DNA of 64,000 nucleotides from Mobula hypostoma (Eukaryota). This document shows, in pieces, positions 13,100 to 25,500 of the stretch. Made by a program: the position numbers and the translations under genes. The stretch lies in NCBI RefSeq assembly GCF_963921235.1, contig NC_086097.1, forward strand, positions 87,236,001 through 87,300,000, written 5' to 3'. Position 1 is the stretch's first letter; each line of letters opens with the position of its first letter. The notes beneath the pieces are model-generated. The model ran no database searches, was not told where the DNA came from, and was given only the letters and a program-made list of their open reading frames with translations.

Positions 13100-14215
13100 C
13101 TATAAACATGAGAAATTCTGCAGATGCTGGAAATCCAAAGCAACACACAAAAACTGCTGAAGGAACACAGCAGATCAGGCAGCATCTATGGAAATGAACA
13201 AACAGTCAACTTATCAGGCTGAGACCCTTCTTTGGGACTGAAGAGGAAGGGGGAAGATGTCAGAATAAAAATATGGGGGAAGGGGAAGGAGGAGAGCTAG
13301 AAAGTGATAGGTGAAGCCAGGTGGGTAGGAAAGGTAAAGGGCTGGAGAAGGAGGAATCTGATAAAAGAGGAGAAGGAGGAGGGGACCCAAGAGGAGGTGA
13401 TAGGCAGGTGAGAGGAGGTAAGAGGCCTGTGTGGGGAATAGAAAAAGAAGGGAGGGGAGGGAGAGAATTTTTTTATACTGGAAGGAGAAATTGATATTCA
13501 TGCCATCAGGTTGGAAGCTACCCAAATGGAATTTAAGGAGTTGCTCCACCATTCTGAGGGTGGCCTCAGCAAGGCGTAAAAGGAGGGCATGAATTGACAT
13601 GTCGGAATGGGAATGGGAATGGGAATTAAATGTTTGGCCACCAGGAAGTTTTACTTTTGGCTGATGGAGCGGAGGTGCTTGACAAAGTTGCCCCCCAATT
13701 TACAACAGGTCTCACCAATGTAGAGGAGGCAGCACCGGGAGCATTGGACACAACAGACGACCCCAGCAGGTTCTCAGGTTAAATTCTGGCTCACCTGAAA
13801 GGACTGTTGGGGGACCTGAAGGGAGGTGAGGGAGGAGGTGAAAGGGCAGATGTAGTACTCTGACCGCTTGCAGGGTTATGCGCTGGGAAGGACAAATGGA
13901 CAAGGGAATCACAGGGGGAGTGATTCCTGCAGAAAGCAGAGAAATGAGGAGAGGTAAAGATATGTTTGTTGGTTGGATCCCTTTGAAGATGACTGAAGTT
14001 GTGGAGGATGATGTGTTGGATGTGAAGATTCATGGGGTGGTAGGTATGGACAAGTGGAACTCTTGATTTATATCAAGAGTTACTGTTGAGGCAGTGGGAA
14101 GATGGGGTGAGCATGAATGTTCGGGAAATGGAAGAGCTGCAGGTGAGGGTAGCATCAGTGGTGGAGGTAGAGAAAGCCCATTCTCTGAAGTTTTGAAGAA
14201 GGAGGATATACCTGA
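13100..14215 (-). mobile_element. Penelope-like element 3' part (GIY-YIG endonuclease region plus pLTR)
   Basis: Minus translation includes C..CCLLYIGET, HSHSDMSIHALL, EQLLKFHLGSFQPDGMNINFS; followed by a pyrimidine-rich tract and a degenerate hammerhead motif at about 13203-13240. Confidence 0.85.
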
Positions 14216-14439
14216 TGAAAGTACTAACTACTTTATATTTTGGCATTAAAGTCATATCATCAATGGCAGAGGACAGTTTTCTTTGCCTTTTCTCTCCATA
14301 CCAAGCAATATGCCTTCCTGTAGATTTGGTAGAGAACTCAATGCTACATACAGGAGGCCAAAAGCTGATCCCAGCATTCACGCTCCAATATCAAAGCGTA
14401 TTATAGTACGTTAGTGAAGTTTTCAGTTTATCCTGAACT

Positions 14440-14750
14440 AATGATACTTAAATGAGTTCAAATCCCACCTCAACATCTAGGAAAATGAAATTCTAGGGAT
14501 CATTTTTTAGAAGTATTTGAAAGCTGGCATCAGCAGTGTGAAGCTAGTAGATTGTTATGTAAATCAATCTGCATCTGCACTGTATCCAGAGAAGGAAAGA
14601 TGCTGACCTTATCCAGCCTAACCTTTCTCCTGATTTGGTTGACTCAGCTAATTGCTGACACGCCTAAAAAACAACACAAATCTTTGGCTAATTATGGACA
14701 GACAATGAAAGCTGCACTTGTCAGTGACATTTACAAACTGTGAACAAATA
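14440..14750 (+). mobile_element. Degenerate tRNA-derived SINE
   Basis: B-box-like 'gagttcaaatcccacc'; 3' tail 'caatgaaagctgcacttgtcagtgacatttaca' resembles the LINE tail at 16550-16600. Confidence 0.55.
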
Positions 14751-16084
14751 CTAAAGTGTTGGGAGTGAAGTTAAAAATAGCAATTTGATTTAAAATCTTA
14801 CTGGAGATGGATAGATCTAACAGCTTAGAAACAGACCATTCAATCCAAATGATCTGTAAGACCTCTTCCTGACCCTATTGAGCAACATAAATGGAGTGTA
14901 TCTGTAGCAAGCACTGACAAGTGTTCTGGATTTAAATCTAAATTGCTTCTCTCTTTTCCAGTTCTGATAATGAGTAATGGACATGAAACATTAACTGGGC
15001 TTTTCTTTCTGCAGATGCTGAGTTTTTCCAGCATTTGTATTTTTATTTCTGGAATCCATTTTAATCTGGGAGATACTGAAGTATAGCATAATGAGGCCAA
15101 AAACAAGCTCCCAGATTTTGTGTTAAGTTCAGGGGACTGATATATCTCTGTTGTAACTGTGATCAAAATCACCAGAAAGACACTGAAGCCGCAATATAGA
15201 AGCCTTTATTCATCACAACTAGCCGGACTTCTTCTGGAGATACTCTGGGTAGAGTACCACACATCCAAAAGTACATCACATTTTTACATCCTTATGATCA
15301 AAGGTGATTCAATACAATTTCAGAAGTTACAAGGACATCATTTCCTTCAATATTTTGAGTTGGCAAACAAAGTAGCTTCTGGGGACATAAATCCCAGACA
15401 CCCAACATTAATGTTGTCAGGGCTGTCTCTGTGTACACTAATATTCTAGGTACACAGAAAAAAACTATTGATTGCATTTACCTGTGACCATGTCTGATAC
15501 GCTAAGTTGCAACATCAGTCTGGTCCACCAGATTGAACTCAAGTCACAATTAACCATGTTACCTGGTTTGATGCAGGCCAGTTAACACAACCCCATTGTC
15601 TTAATATCTGGCTCTTGCAGACGCAAACAACTCATAGCTTCCATTTTGCAAACCATATTTCTTACTTTGTGGATCAGCCTGAGCTCCACAGATAGAGAAA
15701 AGGTGTGTTTTTAACTTCAGTTTACTGCTTGCAATTTACAATCCATATTAAGAACTGAAGGCTGGTTCTTGCCTGAATTCATATCCGCTTTTTCCAAATA
15801 ACTCCAAAATACTCCCTAACATCTCCAAAAATTTTCTTCTTATACGGTGGGTATATTCAATGATCTTTCATCCTAAGGTCAGAAGTAGAGCTGTTTGCTG
15901 ATAGATGCACAGTGGTCTACTTAATTTGCATATCATTTGAAAATGAAGCTCTATGCCTCCATGTGACAAGATGTGAACAATATTTAGGGTGTGAGCTGAT
16001 ACCTGAGAAGTAATGCCCGTAACACAAATGTGTCAAATAATGACTATACCCTACATGAAAGAATCAAACCTTTGACATTTAATT

Positions 16085-16605
16085 ACATTTCCAAGTCTAT
16101 CCACATTATCAATATCATTGATGAAGAACTCAGCTGGACAAGCCACGTTAAAACTATGGCAACTGAAAAGGCAAGGAGCTGACTATTCTCCAGCCAGTGA
16201 CAAATCTCTTGAGTCCGCAAAGCCTTTCACTATCAACACATGCAAGTCAGGAACGTGATGAATTAGACCCCACCTTCCTGAATGCATGCTACTCCAGCAA
16301 CACCTAAGCGCCTTGCAGGGTAAACCAGCCCACTTGATTGGTAACCTTTCCACCACCAGTGCACTATCAGAACAGTGTGTGACATTTACAAAATAAGAGG
16401 CAGTTACTTATCTAAGGTTTACCAACAACACCCCTTAACCTCTATCCCGAAAAATGTTCCTTTCCAGGATATGTGCCATCTTGGAAATATGTTTATGGTG
16501 ATTCATCATTATTGAGTTTAAATGTTAGAATATCCTACCAAGTAGAAAGGACAATAAATATTATCCTTGCCAGTGAAGCCTACATCCTGAATGAAACAAA
16601 AAAAA
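16085..16605 (+). mobile_element. CR1/L2-group LINE 3' fragment
   Basis: Eroded 'cattgatgaagaactcagctggacaagccacgttaaa', 'caagtcaggaacgtgatg' and an A-rich end. Confidence 0.55.
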
Positions 16606-16658
16606 AGGAGTGACCTGCAACCTTGGACGGTTTAACCATACTGTCAGTTGTTGACTGC

Positions 16659-17470
16659 TCAAGTTCAAAGTTCAAAACACATTTATTATCAAAGTATGTA
16701 TACTTTATACAACCTTGTGATTCGTCTCCTTATAGGTAGCCACGAAATAAAGAAACCCCAAAAAAAAATTAAAACAAAAGAAGACCATCAAATATCCAAT
16801 GTGCAAAAAAAGAAAAAGCAAATTGTGCAAACAATAAAAATAAGCAAATAGCATTCAGAACTGAAGTTCAAAAAATGTGTCCATACCTGGTCATCTCTGC
16901 AGCTAATTCAGAAACTGTTAGTTGCAGGCCACAGCATCGGTTCAGTGCAGAGATAAGTAAACCTCACAGAGCAGCGAGCTGAACACTGGCCCGCCCCTTG
17001 CCTTTGGCCCCAACACCCTGACCTTTCCCATCTGGATGCTGGCCTAACATCATCCTGTTCCTTGTTCTCACATCCAGGCCCTGCCACTTCAATTCGGCCT
17101 GTCTCCGAACTTTCCAATTCATCTCAGCACATAAATCGTTCAAACCTTTGGGTCTTTCCCTGCTGTTGGGCTCAGGCTTTGCCTCGCCGCCACTCGCCTT
17201 GCCTAGGTTCTGCTACATCGTATTGCTTCCAAGTCCATTCCATCGGTGGCCATACATTGGCTCATTCCCCGCTCTCCGGCCCGGACCCCGCAGCCTTGAT
17301 TCAGCCGATACTCATCACACCACAAGACACTTCAGTTCACACCACACAAATGCCAGGTCATACCGACAGTTCAAAAGCTCAACTCTGACAGGAAAGTTAC
17401 AATCTTCAGTGATCTTTTACCAGAAAAAATGTGATTAATAAAGTAGTTAGTTGTTTTAGGTGAGGACTTT
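16659..17470 (-). mobile_element. Nonautonomous retroelement with (CTTTGAA)n-type tail
   Basis: Begins on plus 'tcaagttcaaagttcaaaacacatttattatcaaagtatgtata'; the same tail family occurs at 39610, 38270, 44930 and 60770. Confidence 0.6.
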
Positions 17471-17684
17471 GATGCAACTTAAACAGTAAAATAGTTTTGG
17501 AAACACTGCAATGTCAAGAAGAGTGGAAATGTCCAGCAGCAGCCCTGCACAACACTGGGGTTTGTACAAATGCTGATCAGTGTAGAGGTGATTGCCAACT
17601 GTGTTAGTACACTTGGGACCCAATCATATACACCGTCAGATGGATAATGTCTCATTTTCAAGATCTTTTAATGTAATTTCCAAT

Positions 17685-18054
17685 CATCGTCATCATTATG
17701 CGCCATGTTGTATGACGTAGGCAATCAAGGTCTATGAACATGATTGTTCTTGGCAAATTTTTCTACAGAAGTGGTCTGCTATTGCCTTCTTCTGGGCAGT
17801 GTCTTTACAAGATGAGTGACCCTGCCCATTATCAATACTCTTCAGAAATTGTCTGCTTGGTATCAGTGGTCACATAACCAGGACTTGTGATATGTACTAG
17901 TTGCTCATATGACCACCTGCTCCCAGGGCTTCACATGACCCTGATCGAGGGGCTAAGCAGGTGTTACACTTTGCTTAAGGGTGACCTGCAGGCTAGCAGA
18001 GGGAAGGAGCACCTTACACTTCCTTTGGTAGAAACATATCTCCACCCCACCACC
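17685..18054 (-). mobile_element. RTE-mobilised SINE with BovB/Sauria-like 3' tail
   Basis: 15-bp TSD AATGT(A/C)ATTTCCAAT (17670-17684, 18055-18069); minus-strand 'gaagaaggcaatagcagaccacttctgtagaaaaatttgccaagaacaatcatg'; (ATG)n-like tail. Confidence 0.8.
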
Positions 18055-18935
18055 AATGTCATTTCCAATACAAAAGTATAAAGGAGAACAAAATAATTTG
18101 TTACTCTGAATCCAATGCAACACATAAAAAATCACAATAAATATAAATACATAACGTAGATTTAATAGATAGATTGTACATCCATAAAGTGACACCAGGT
18201 CCAGGAGTGTCTGTACATAAGGTGACTAACAGGAAATGATAATATAGTGGTGGTTGGGGGTGTGGAGGAGTGTGCTAGTAGGTGGAGGTGTTTATCAGCC
18301 TTACTGTTTGGAGAAAAGTAACTGTTTTTAAGTCCGGTCCTCCTGGTGTGGATGCTATGTAACCTTCTCCCTGATGAGAGTGGGACAAGGTGTGTGGGAT
18401 CCTTCATGATGTCACTTGCCCTTTCCTGGAACCTTTCCGTATAAGTGCAGCATCCTTGGAGGCAGGTAGGTTGGTGTTGGTGATGCATTGGGCAATATGG
18501 AGCCTTCCTGTCCGCTGCAGTGTACCATGCAGTGATGCAGCTAGTTAGGATGTTCTCTACTGCGCATCTGTAGGACGATGAGTACGGATGTGCAAAGACC
18601 AGCTCTCTTCAACCTCTTCAGAAAGTAGAGTCATTGGTGAGTTTTTCTGATTGTGTAAAATGCTTTGTTGGGACTGGGAGAGGTTGTGTGAGATGTGCAC
18701 TCCCAGGAGTTTGAAACTGCTCACAGTTTCCACTGCTGTGCCACTGATGTAAAGAGGGCTGTGAGTGGGGCAAGTTCTCCTGAAGTCGCTAGCCATCTCT
18801 TTTGTCTTGTTGACATTGTAGGAGAGGTTGCCTGGCATCAAGCCTCAAGCCCTTCCACCTCCTTTCTGTAGGACGTCTCATCTTTGTTGGTGATGAGCAG
18901 AGTGTACAACAATGAGCTCAACACAAAGCCCTGGG
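18055..18935 (-). mobile_element. Rex1/Babar LINE 3' part
   Basis: NLSYNVNKTKEMASDFRR..HSPLYISGTAVETVSSFKLLGVHIS; PLSSGRRLHSIHTRRTGLKNSYF. Confidence 0.85.
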
Positions 18936-20149
18936 GGCTGGTGCGGGTGGGGTGGGGCCTTACAGCTATTGTAGCAAAACTCAGATTTCTGCCGTCCCAT
19001 CTTAGGCTGCTGTGATTGTGGCTGTGGACTACAGTGTTCTAAGTGGCTTGCGGTCTACGAAGCAGTCTTTCACCTGTGGTTTTGTCGTCACCTGTCAGCC
19101 TGGTAGCCTGAACTGCAAAATCCAGTCTACATGCAAGGGTCGAGGCCCCCACATATCTATAAATGTCCTCTTCGTCTACCGGCAGGTGTAAGAACTGGGT
19201 AATGCATTCCGGTGATTAGTTGAAGTTTATATTAAATATTGTTTCCTTTGATTTATAAATTATGGTTTGGAATATTTATTCTATGTTGGCTGTTCTTTTG
19301 ATTTAGTCATCAGTAACAAAGGAGAAGATAATATTTGGAACTGTGTGCAAAGTAGTAACTGGAGTTTTGTTCCCTAGTATCAAAACCGGAAGGGTTTTTC
19401 ACCCTGGCCAGGCAAGGGTGTGTAAATTGTGTACTCTTTTCCTCTTCTTCCTCCTGTTCCTTAGCTATTCAACAAAGGCAAGGGCTAAACCTCAAAGATG
19501 GAAACATTGTGTAGTTGACACTGCAAATCCTGTCCCCTCCTTAACTAAGGGCTGCTGCTTACCTCCAGCACGATCTATAGCAGCATTGTTTCAGCACGCT
19601 AACAGTTTGCTACCTCACAATTCTTCTTGTTATAAGCATGCTTTACACCAATGGATGAATTATGCCCCAGAATAATCAGTCATACCATAAGCGGATAAGT
19701 ATTTGTAAGGCAATAGCCACTTTCGATTTGTTGTGGCTGCACGTGTAAGATGGCACAGGTGATTGCTGCAGATTGTAGGTGCTGTGACAGTTGCTGGGGT
19801 AGTGGGCATTGATATATATATAAAATATACATGACCTGTTATCGTTCAGCAGCCGGCAGAGTCCTTCTTCTGAGATTCCAGATGCGACTAATGTCGAGTT
19901 ACTAGAAGCCTGCACCATAGTAAAACCTGCAAATCTTGCAGAACTATGCTTTTGTTCATAGAGTCTTACAGATATTCAGAACCATGTCCATGCTGACCTT
20001 TAAGCTGATCTACCCCAAACCCATTTGCACACATTAGGGCTGTATCCTTCTTTGCCTTGTTTGTTTAGTTGGCTGTGCAAATACCTCCTGAACACAATTA
20101 GTATAACTGATTCCATCACCTCTTCTGGCAGCACAATCCAGGTATCAGC

Positions 20150-20565
20150 TCGTTTGTTTGTCCCTTATGCGCCATGTCGTGTGACGTGGGCGATCATGGT
20201 CTTTCCACGACCATGATTGTTCTTAGCAATTTTTTCTTACAGTAGTGGTTTACCACTGGCTTCTTCTGGGCAGCGTCTTTACAAATCGGGTGTCCCCAGC
20301 CATTATCAATACGCTTCAGAGCCTGTCTGCCTGGCGTCAGTGGTCACATAACCAGGACATGTGATACTGTATGCACCAGCTGCTCATATGACCATCCATC
20401 ACCTACTCCCATGGCTTTTGATGACCCCTGATCAGAGATGGGGTGGGGGGGGGGGGAGGTGTCTATGCAGGTGCTACACCTTGTCCAAGGGTGACCTGCA
20501 GGCCAGTGGAGGGAAGGAGCACTTTACACCTCCTTTGGTGGAGATATATCTCCACCCTACCACCC
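20150..20565 (-). mobile_element. RTE-mobilised SINE (same family as 17685-18054), inserted in a CR1 3' relic
   Basis: Directly alignable with 17685-18054. Confidence 0.8.
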
Positions 20566-20842
20566 GTAAGCTATCTACTGCACTCTGTATAAAACAAAGA
20601 TTACCAATAAAATCTCCTTTAAATCATGTTTAAGCTTAAAATTATCCCCTCTAGGTTTTAGTAGCCCTGGGGCTCTCAGGCTAGAGGAAGGAATATGTAT
20701 GGGGAATCTCTTTGTACAGATAGTTACTGAAACAATCCAAGATGTTATACATGGCCTCCAGCTCCTGCCTCGAATGAACCTAATTCCTAAAAATTCATTG
20801 TGTCTATTACCTTATTGGCCATTGATTTGTAGTCCAAGAGGT

Positions 20843-20970
20843 CATAGAACATAGAATATTATAGCACTATACAGGCTGTTCGGCCACAATGTTGTGTCAC
20901 CTTTGAACCTACTCTAAGATCAATCTAACCTTTCCCTCCTACATAACCCTCTATTTTTCTATTGTACATG
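20843..20970 (-). mobile_element. CR1 3' terminal fragment
   Basis: 'catagaacatagaatattatagcac..acaggc..ttcggccacaatgttgtg' is a reverse CR1-type tail. Confidence 0.65.
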
Positions 20971-21338
20971 TTGTTAGGGATTATTGAGGCATTATGGAAT
21001 TATGTGAAACATCAACAAGAACCAGTCTTCAGTTCTTAATGTAAATTGCAAGCTGTAATTGGTTTGAAGTTAAAGGGATAACATTTCAAATAAACAACAT
21101 GGTCTGTAGAGTACAGATTGGCCCTCAGCAGAGGTCTGGCTGGTCTGGCTGGTTTGCAAAATGAAGTGACCATGAGCCGTTCTCATGTATCAGCCAAATG
21201 TTATGCTCAGGCCTATTAATTATGGACTAAGTTATTTGCACCATCGTATAAGTTCAAAGATGCTTGCAGGCCAGACTGATTTTATTACTTAGCCCATCAA
21301 ATAGCTGATCTATTAATAGTTGGGAGATTTGTGTATGT

Positions 21339-21625
21339 GGGCACGTGGCCAAGTGGTTAAGGCATTGGGCTAGCGACCTGAAGGTCGTGAGTTCGAGCCC
21401 CAGCCGAGGCAACGTGTTGTGTCCTTGAGCAAGGCACTTAGTCACACATTGCTCTGTGACGACACTTGTGCCAAGCTGTATGGGTCCTAATGCCCTTCCC
21501 TTGGACAACATTGGTGTTGTGGAGAGGGGAGACTTGCAGCATGGGCAACTGCTAGTCTTCCATAAAACCTTGCCCAGGCCTGCACCCTGGAGAGTGAAGA
21601 CTTTCCAGGCGCAGATCCTGGACTA
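21339..21625 (+). mobile_element. tRNA-derived SINE (tRNA head, CORE-like segment, RTE-related 3' part)
   Basis: A box TGGCCAAGTGG, B box GAGTTCGAGCC, then 'gtgtccttgagcaaggcactt', then a segment shared with 44290-44400. Confidence 0.8.
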
Positions 21626-22039
21626 ATGGATGCCTTTACTTTACTGTGTACATACAGTCAGCCTTCTCTGGCTCTCTGTCCTCAGAACTTTTACAATATC
21701 TGTGTGAATCAGTTTGTCCCAGCAAAGGTTTTTGAGCTTTTAGAGCTGTCTTATCATTTACAGTGTACTTCCACTGTAAATATGCACATAGCTCAAAGGA
21801 GACATTTGTCAGACACAAAATATTGAAGTAAGCAATATCATTGTAACAATGGAAATTGTATTGAGTCACCTGTTGTACCTTTGATCTTCAGGGTATAAGA
21901 ATGTGATGTACTTTGAGTTTGAGTACTCCACCAGGAGACTCTCCAAGAGAATGTCTGTTTGTTGTGATAAATAAAGACTTTCATATCCACCAACTTCTCC
22001 CGTTTCTCTAGTGACTTAGTATCAGACACAGCACATGCA

Positions 22040-22293
22040 CCAATCTTAAATGTTCCTCATGTATCTACCTCTATCACTATCACTGCAGAGCATTCCATAC
22101 ACACACCACTCTGTGTAAAAATCTTACCTCTGACATTCACCCTACAATTTAAAATTATGCCCCATCATATTAGCCATTTCCTCCTTGGGAACAGGTCTCA
22201 GGTTGTCCATTCAAGTTAAGCCTCTTATCATCTTGTACACCTCTATGAAGTCATCTCTCGCCCTTCTTTGCTCCAAAAGGAGAAGCTCTAGCT
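22040..22293 (-). mobile_element. CR1 C-terminal fragment
   Basis: LELLLLEQRRARDDFIEVYKMIRGL matches the CR1 LFSLEKRRLRGDLIEVYKI motif. Confidence 0.8.
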
Positions 22294-22888
22294 CAGCGGT
22301 CCCCAAACACCGGGCCGCAAAGCATGTGCTACTGGCCTGCGAGGAAACGACATGATTTGGCGATATGAAACGATATGAGTCAGCTACACCTTTCCTCATT
22401 CCCTGTCACACCCACTGTTGAACTTGAACGCATGTGAGGTCATTACCCATGCAAGGTCATCAGTCGGTCATTAACCTACAACTACTCGATGAGTAAAAAA
22501 CAAACGTCGCTTGAGAGTATTTTTGGAAGAGGTGGTAGGGGACATAAAAGGCCTAACGATGATGATAACACAGAGACAACTGAGGCCGAGACTGCAAAAA
22601 AAAGGAAAGCTTCCTTCAACAGAAAATACGACAAGTCGTACATAAAATATGGCTTTATTGCGACTGGTGACTCGCACGGTCCAAGCCCCCTGTGTGTGAT
22701 ATGTGGAGACAAGCTGTCTAATGAGGCAATGAAGCCCTCAAAGCTGCTTCGGCACCTTGAGTCTAAGCACCCTGCACTAAAGACAAACCCGTTGGGTTTT
22801 TTGAGCGGCAAAAACGTGAGCAAGCGGGACAGAAGCAAGTGTTGAGAGCCACCACCTCCACAAATGTTGCTGCTCTGAGAGTGTCGTA
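22294..22888 (+). mobile_element. hAT Charlie/Buster-type transposon, 5' part only
   Basis: Left TIR CAGCGGTCCCCAA; ORF 22489-22845 MSKKQTSLES...RKYDKSYIKYGF...PLCVICGDKLSNEAMKPSKLLRHLESKH (BED-finger N-terminus), frameshifted and truncated. Confidence 0.9.
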
Positions 22889-22965
22889 CCACAACAACCC
22901 TGTCATATGACGATCGGTTGTGTCTAGCTCACTCAGCAGACCGTCATATGACAAGGTTGTTGTAG
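22889..22965. mobile_element. 77-bp hairpin MITE-like element with TA TSD
   Basis: TA|CCACAACAACCCTGTCATATGACGATC...GACCGTCATATGACAAGGTTGTTGTAG|TA. Confidence 0.7.
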
Positions 22966-24844
22966 TAATTGTAGCAGATAGCTTACTTCAGTGAGGATGT
23001 CCGTACTAAAGAGCAGAAGGGTGTGAACAACCTTACAAGAGCCACAGTAAGCATTTCTCCCAAAGTGTTGTTATTGTGCTGGGCCTAAAACAAATGAACG
23101 AATTGAGGAATAAGAAAGAAATCAACAAACCCAGGAAAAGATTGTAGATGTGTTTAACAAGGATGCAAAACTTAGAAAAATGGAGTGTAAACTGTTCTCA
23201 TAGTTTAGTTCACTTCCAACCTCCCTAGTCTAAAAGATGACTTTTTATTAACTTGCAGATGAACCAGATTTTACTGACCACATTTCCATTGAAACACCTG
23301 TTTAAGGGGGTTAATATTCAACCTTCATTCTTTGTCTTCTCTGAGTCCCATGACTTTACGTAGCTGATGAATACCCATTAAAGTCAGGGTCATGATCTCA
23401 AAATCTGTATCACTTCTCACACTTTTGCCACATTATTGTATTTGCAAGATTATCCTGGAGTTGCCATGGAGTAGCAATGGGATTTTTTTCTGCATTACGG
23501 GTCTTTCTGAAATGTAGACAGTCAGAGACTACACTTAAACAGTGTTCCTCCTTTCAGAGACATCCTCGGCAGTCTCATATTGACATGGATGTTCTCCGTG
23601 GCTCCTTTGTATGAAGATCATGCCAATTGCCATCTCACCTCCAGCCTCCTTGGGTCCCTCTAACCATGTTGGGGCACCCTCCCACTCGGAACTCATTAAG
23701 GCAATGTGTATTCATTAAGCTGAACCTTCCCTCACTGCTGGTACTTGTATTTGTGCTAGCTGAGAGCCCAGTACAAAGTTCATATCCACAACATCAAAGC
23801 CAGTAAGTGCCAGAATTCGCAGTAAATCAATGCTGCACAGAGAAACCACACAATGCTTTTATTGAACCTCACATAATGTTAATGGAACTTTCACAACCTA
23901 TTTTCAAGGTCATTAAAAGTAGTGAAGTAATTTCTTGGCTTATTTCTCAGGGAATAGCAGAGACCATGGTCATAATCACTTGGGAAACATTAAGGATACT
24001 TAACATGGTTCCTGCAGTGACCCAGAGTTTGCTTCAAATTCCCCAGAGAAACAGTAATTTTCAGAAGTTGTCTGATACTCCTGATCAAATCTAAAGAATC
24101 CACACTATACCTTTGTACACTGAATATGTGCTTTTCTACATGGGGATAAACTAGAGTGCTGATTGATACCATGATTTGCTAATTCTGCAGAGTACATACA
24201 CCTATTAACTATGCTTTTCCTTTTACTTTCACCAACACGCTATATATCTTAGGCACCACTTTGGGATCAATTTGTAACCCACAGCATCCAAAATAACCAC
24301 ATTACATATCTGAATTTTATTGCTTTTGTCCCCATTCAAAGAAAGTCATTAAGTATGTATTATAAATAGTCTGATTATATTGTTGAAATGGAAAAAACAG
24401 CTGTAAACAGGCCCATTAAGCTATACACCAAAGAAGACATCCAGAAATAGTGAAATCCCATAAATTACACATTATACATTGCATTTCCCCATGTTTAATA
24501 ATTTCGTGCATCTTATTTCTCAGTAAGCATTTATTTAACAAGTTTATAGAACCAAATTTCACATATCAGGAAAGTATGAATTGTGATGTGGAATTAATTT
24601 GAACAGAACTGATTTCTGTCATAAAACTAATCACCATATGCTTACGAAATAACCTGTTTTAAGTCTGCTTGCGTGTTTGGCCAGCTGCCTACCTCGAATG
24701 TTCTGGTTTCCAGGCAACCTGCTTTGCTGAGATCTTCCCTGAAGGGTAATGATTTATTCCTACACACAGTCATAAATTCAGATTTCTATTTACTGTTTGA
24801 GTGAAGTTATACTCAGTCTTTCCCCCATTTCAGTTTCACTGCTG

Positions 24845-25032
24845 ATTGTTCCTTTTGCGCCTTGTGGTGCATTTTTGCTGTTTCCGTAGCATTTGGCTGC
24901 TTCTTACGAGGCTAAGTTGCTAGCTTGACACTCAAACCAGCAAGATGGAAAGCATGCAAGGGGCCATTAGATTTGAACTCAGGACCAATTGCCTCAAAAT
25001 TCGCTGTTGATGTCACTACACCACCGGCTGGC
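24845..25032 (-). mobile_element. Short tRNA-derived SINE
   Basis: Minus: 'gccggtggtgtagtgacatcaacagcg...ggtcctgagttcaaatc' (A and B boxes). Confidence 0.6.
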
Positions 25033-25500
25033 TAGTTAACTGCTGGTTAGTTTAGCTTTATTTTTAACGAACAGGTCTACACATGAATTTATAGCTTGGA
25101 TTTTGGTTAGAAGTATCAACTATTCTGAGTGGAACTATCTACATATGTGCCATGGAGTTCAAGTTCCCTTATTTACAGTGAGATATCCCTAATTTGCTGG
25201 CCATATTTTGCCAGGTTTTCCTGATTGCATTCTGACCCTGAACTGCTCATAAATGTTGACTTCCTCAAGCTATTGCTTTGGTGTTGTGGTATCGAGATTT
25301 TTTTAAATGTTGCCAGATTTATAACGACCGACATGCCAGAACGAATGAGCTTGCTTTTGCAAAAGCTTCTGCTCAGATAAACTGCTCTACAACAGGCAGT
25401 AGATATTTGGAGGCATTTACTCTAGTGTGCACCATGTCAGGCAAACCCATGGATGTTATGGAAAACCAAGATAAAATGCTGGATTAGTGCCTTCAGGGGT

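Noticed and set aside
15150..15690. Possible solo LTR on the minus strand (poly-A signal near the left end)
   Set aside because: Could not find matching TG..CA termini with a TSD.
19834..19927. Possible minus-strand exon (tttgcag acceptor, gtcatg donor)
   Set aside because: Weak donor, no recognisable peptide, no partner exons.
21339..21410. Functional tRNA gene
   Set aside because: Poor acceptor and anticodon stems, and it runs directly into SINE body sequence.
22489..22845. ZBED5/SCAND3-like host gene
   Set aside because: Preceded by a TIR, frameshifted, and truncated after the BED finger.
24714..24745. Possible plus-strand micro-exon (tttccag...gtaatg)
   Set aside because: Such signal pairs arise by chance; unsupported without transcript data.
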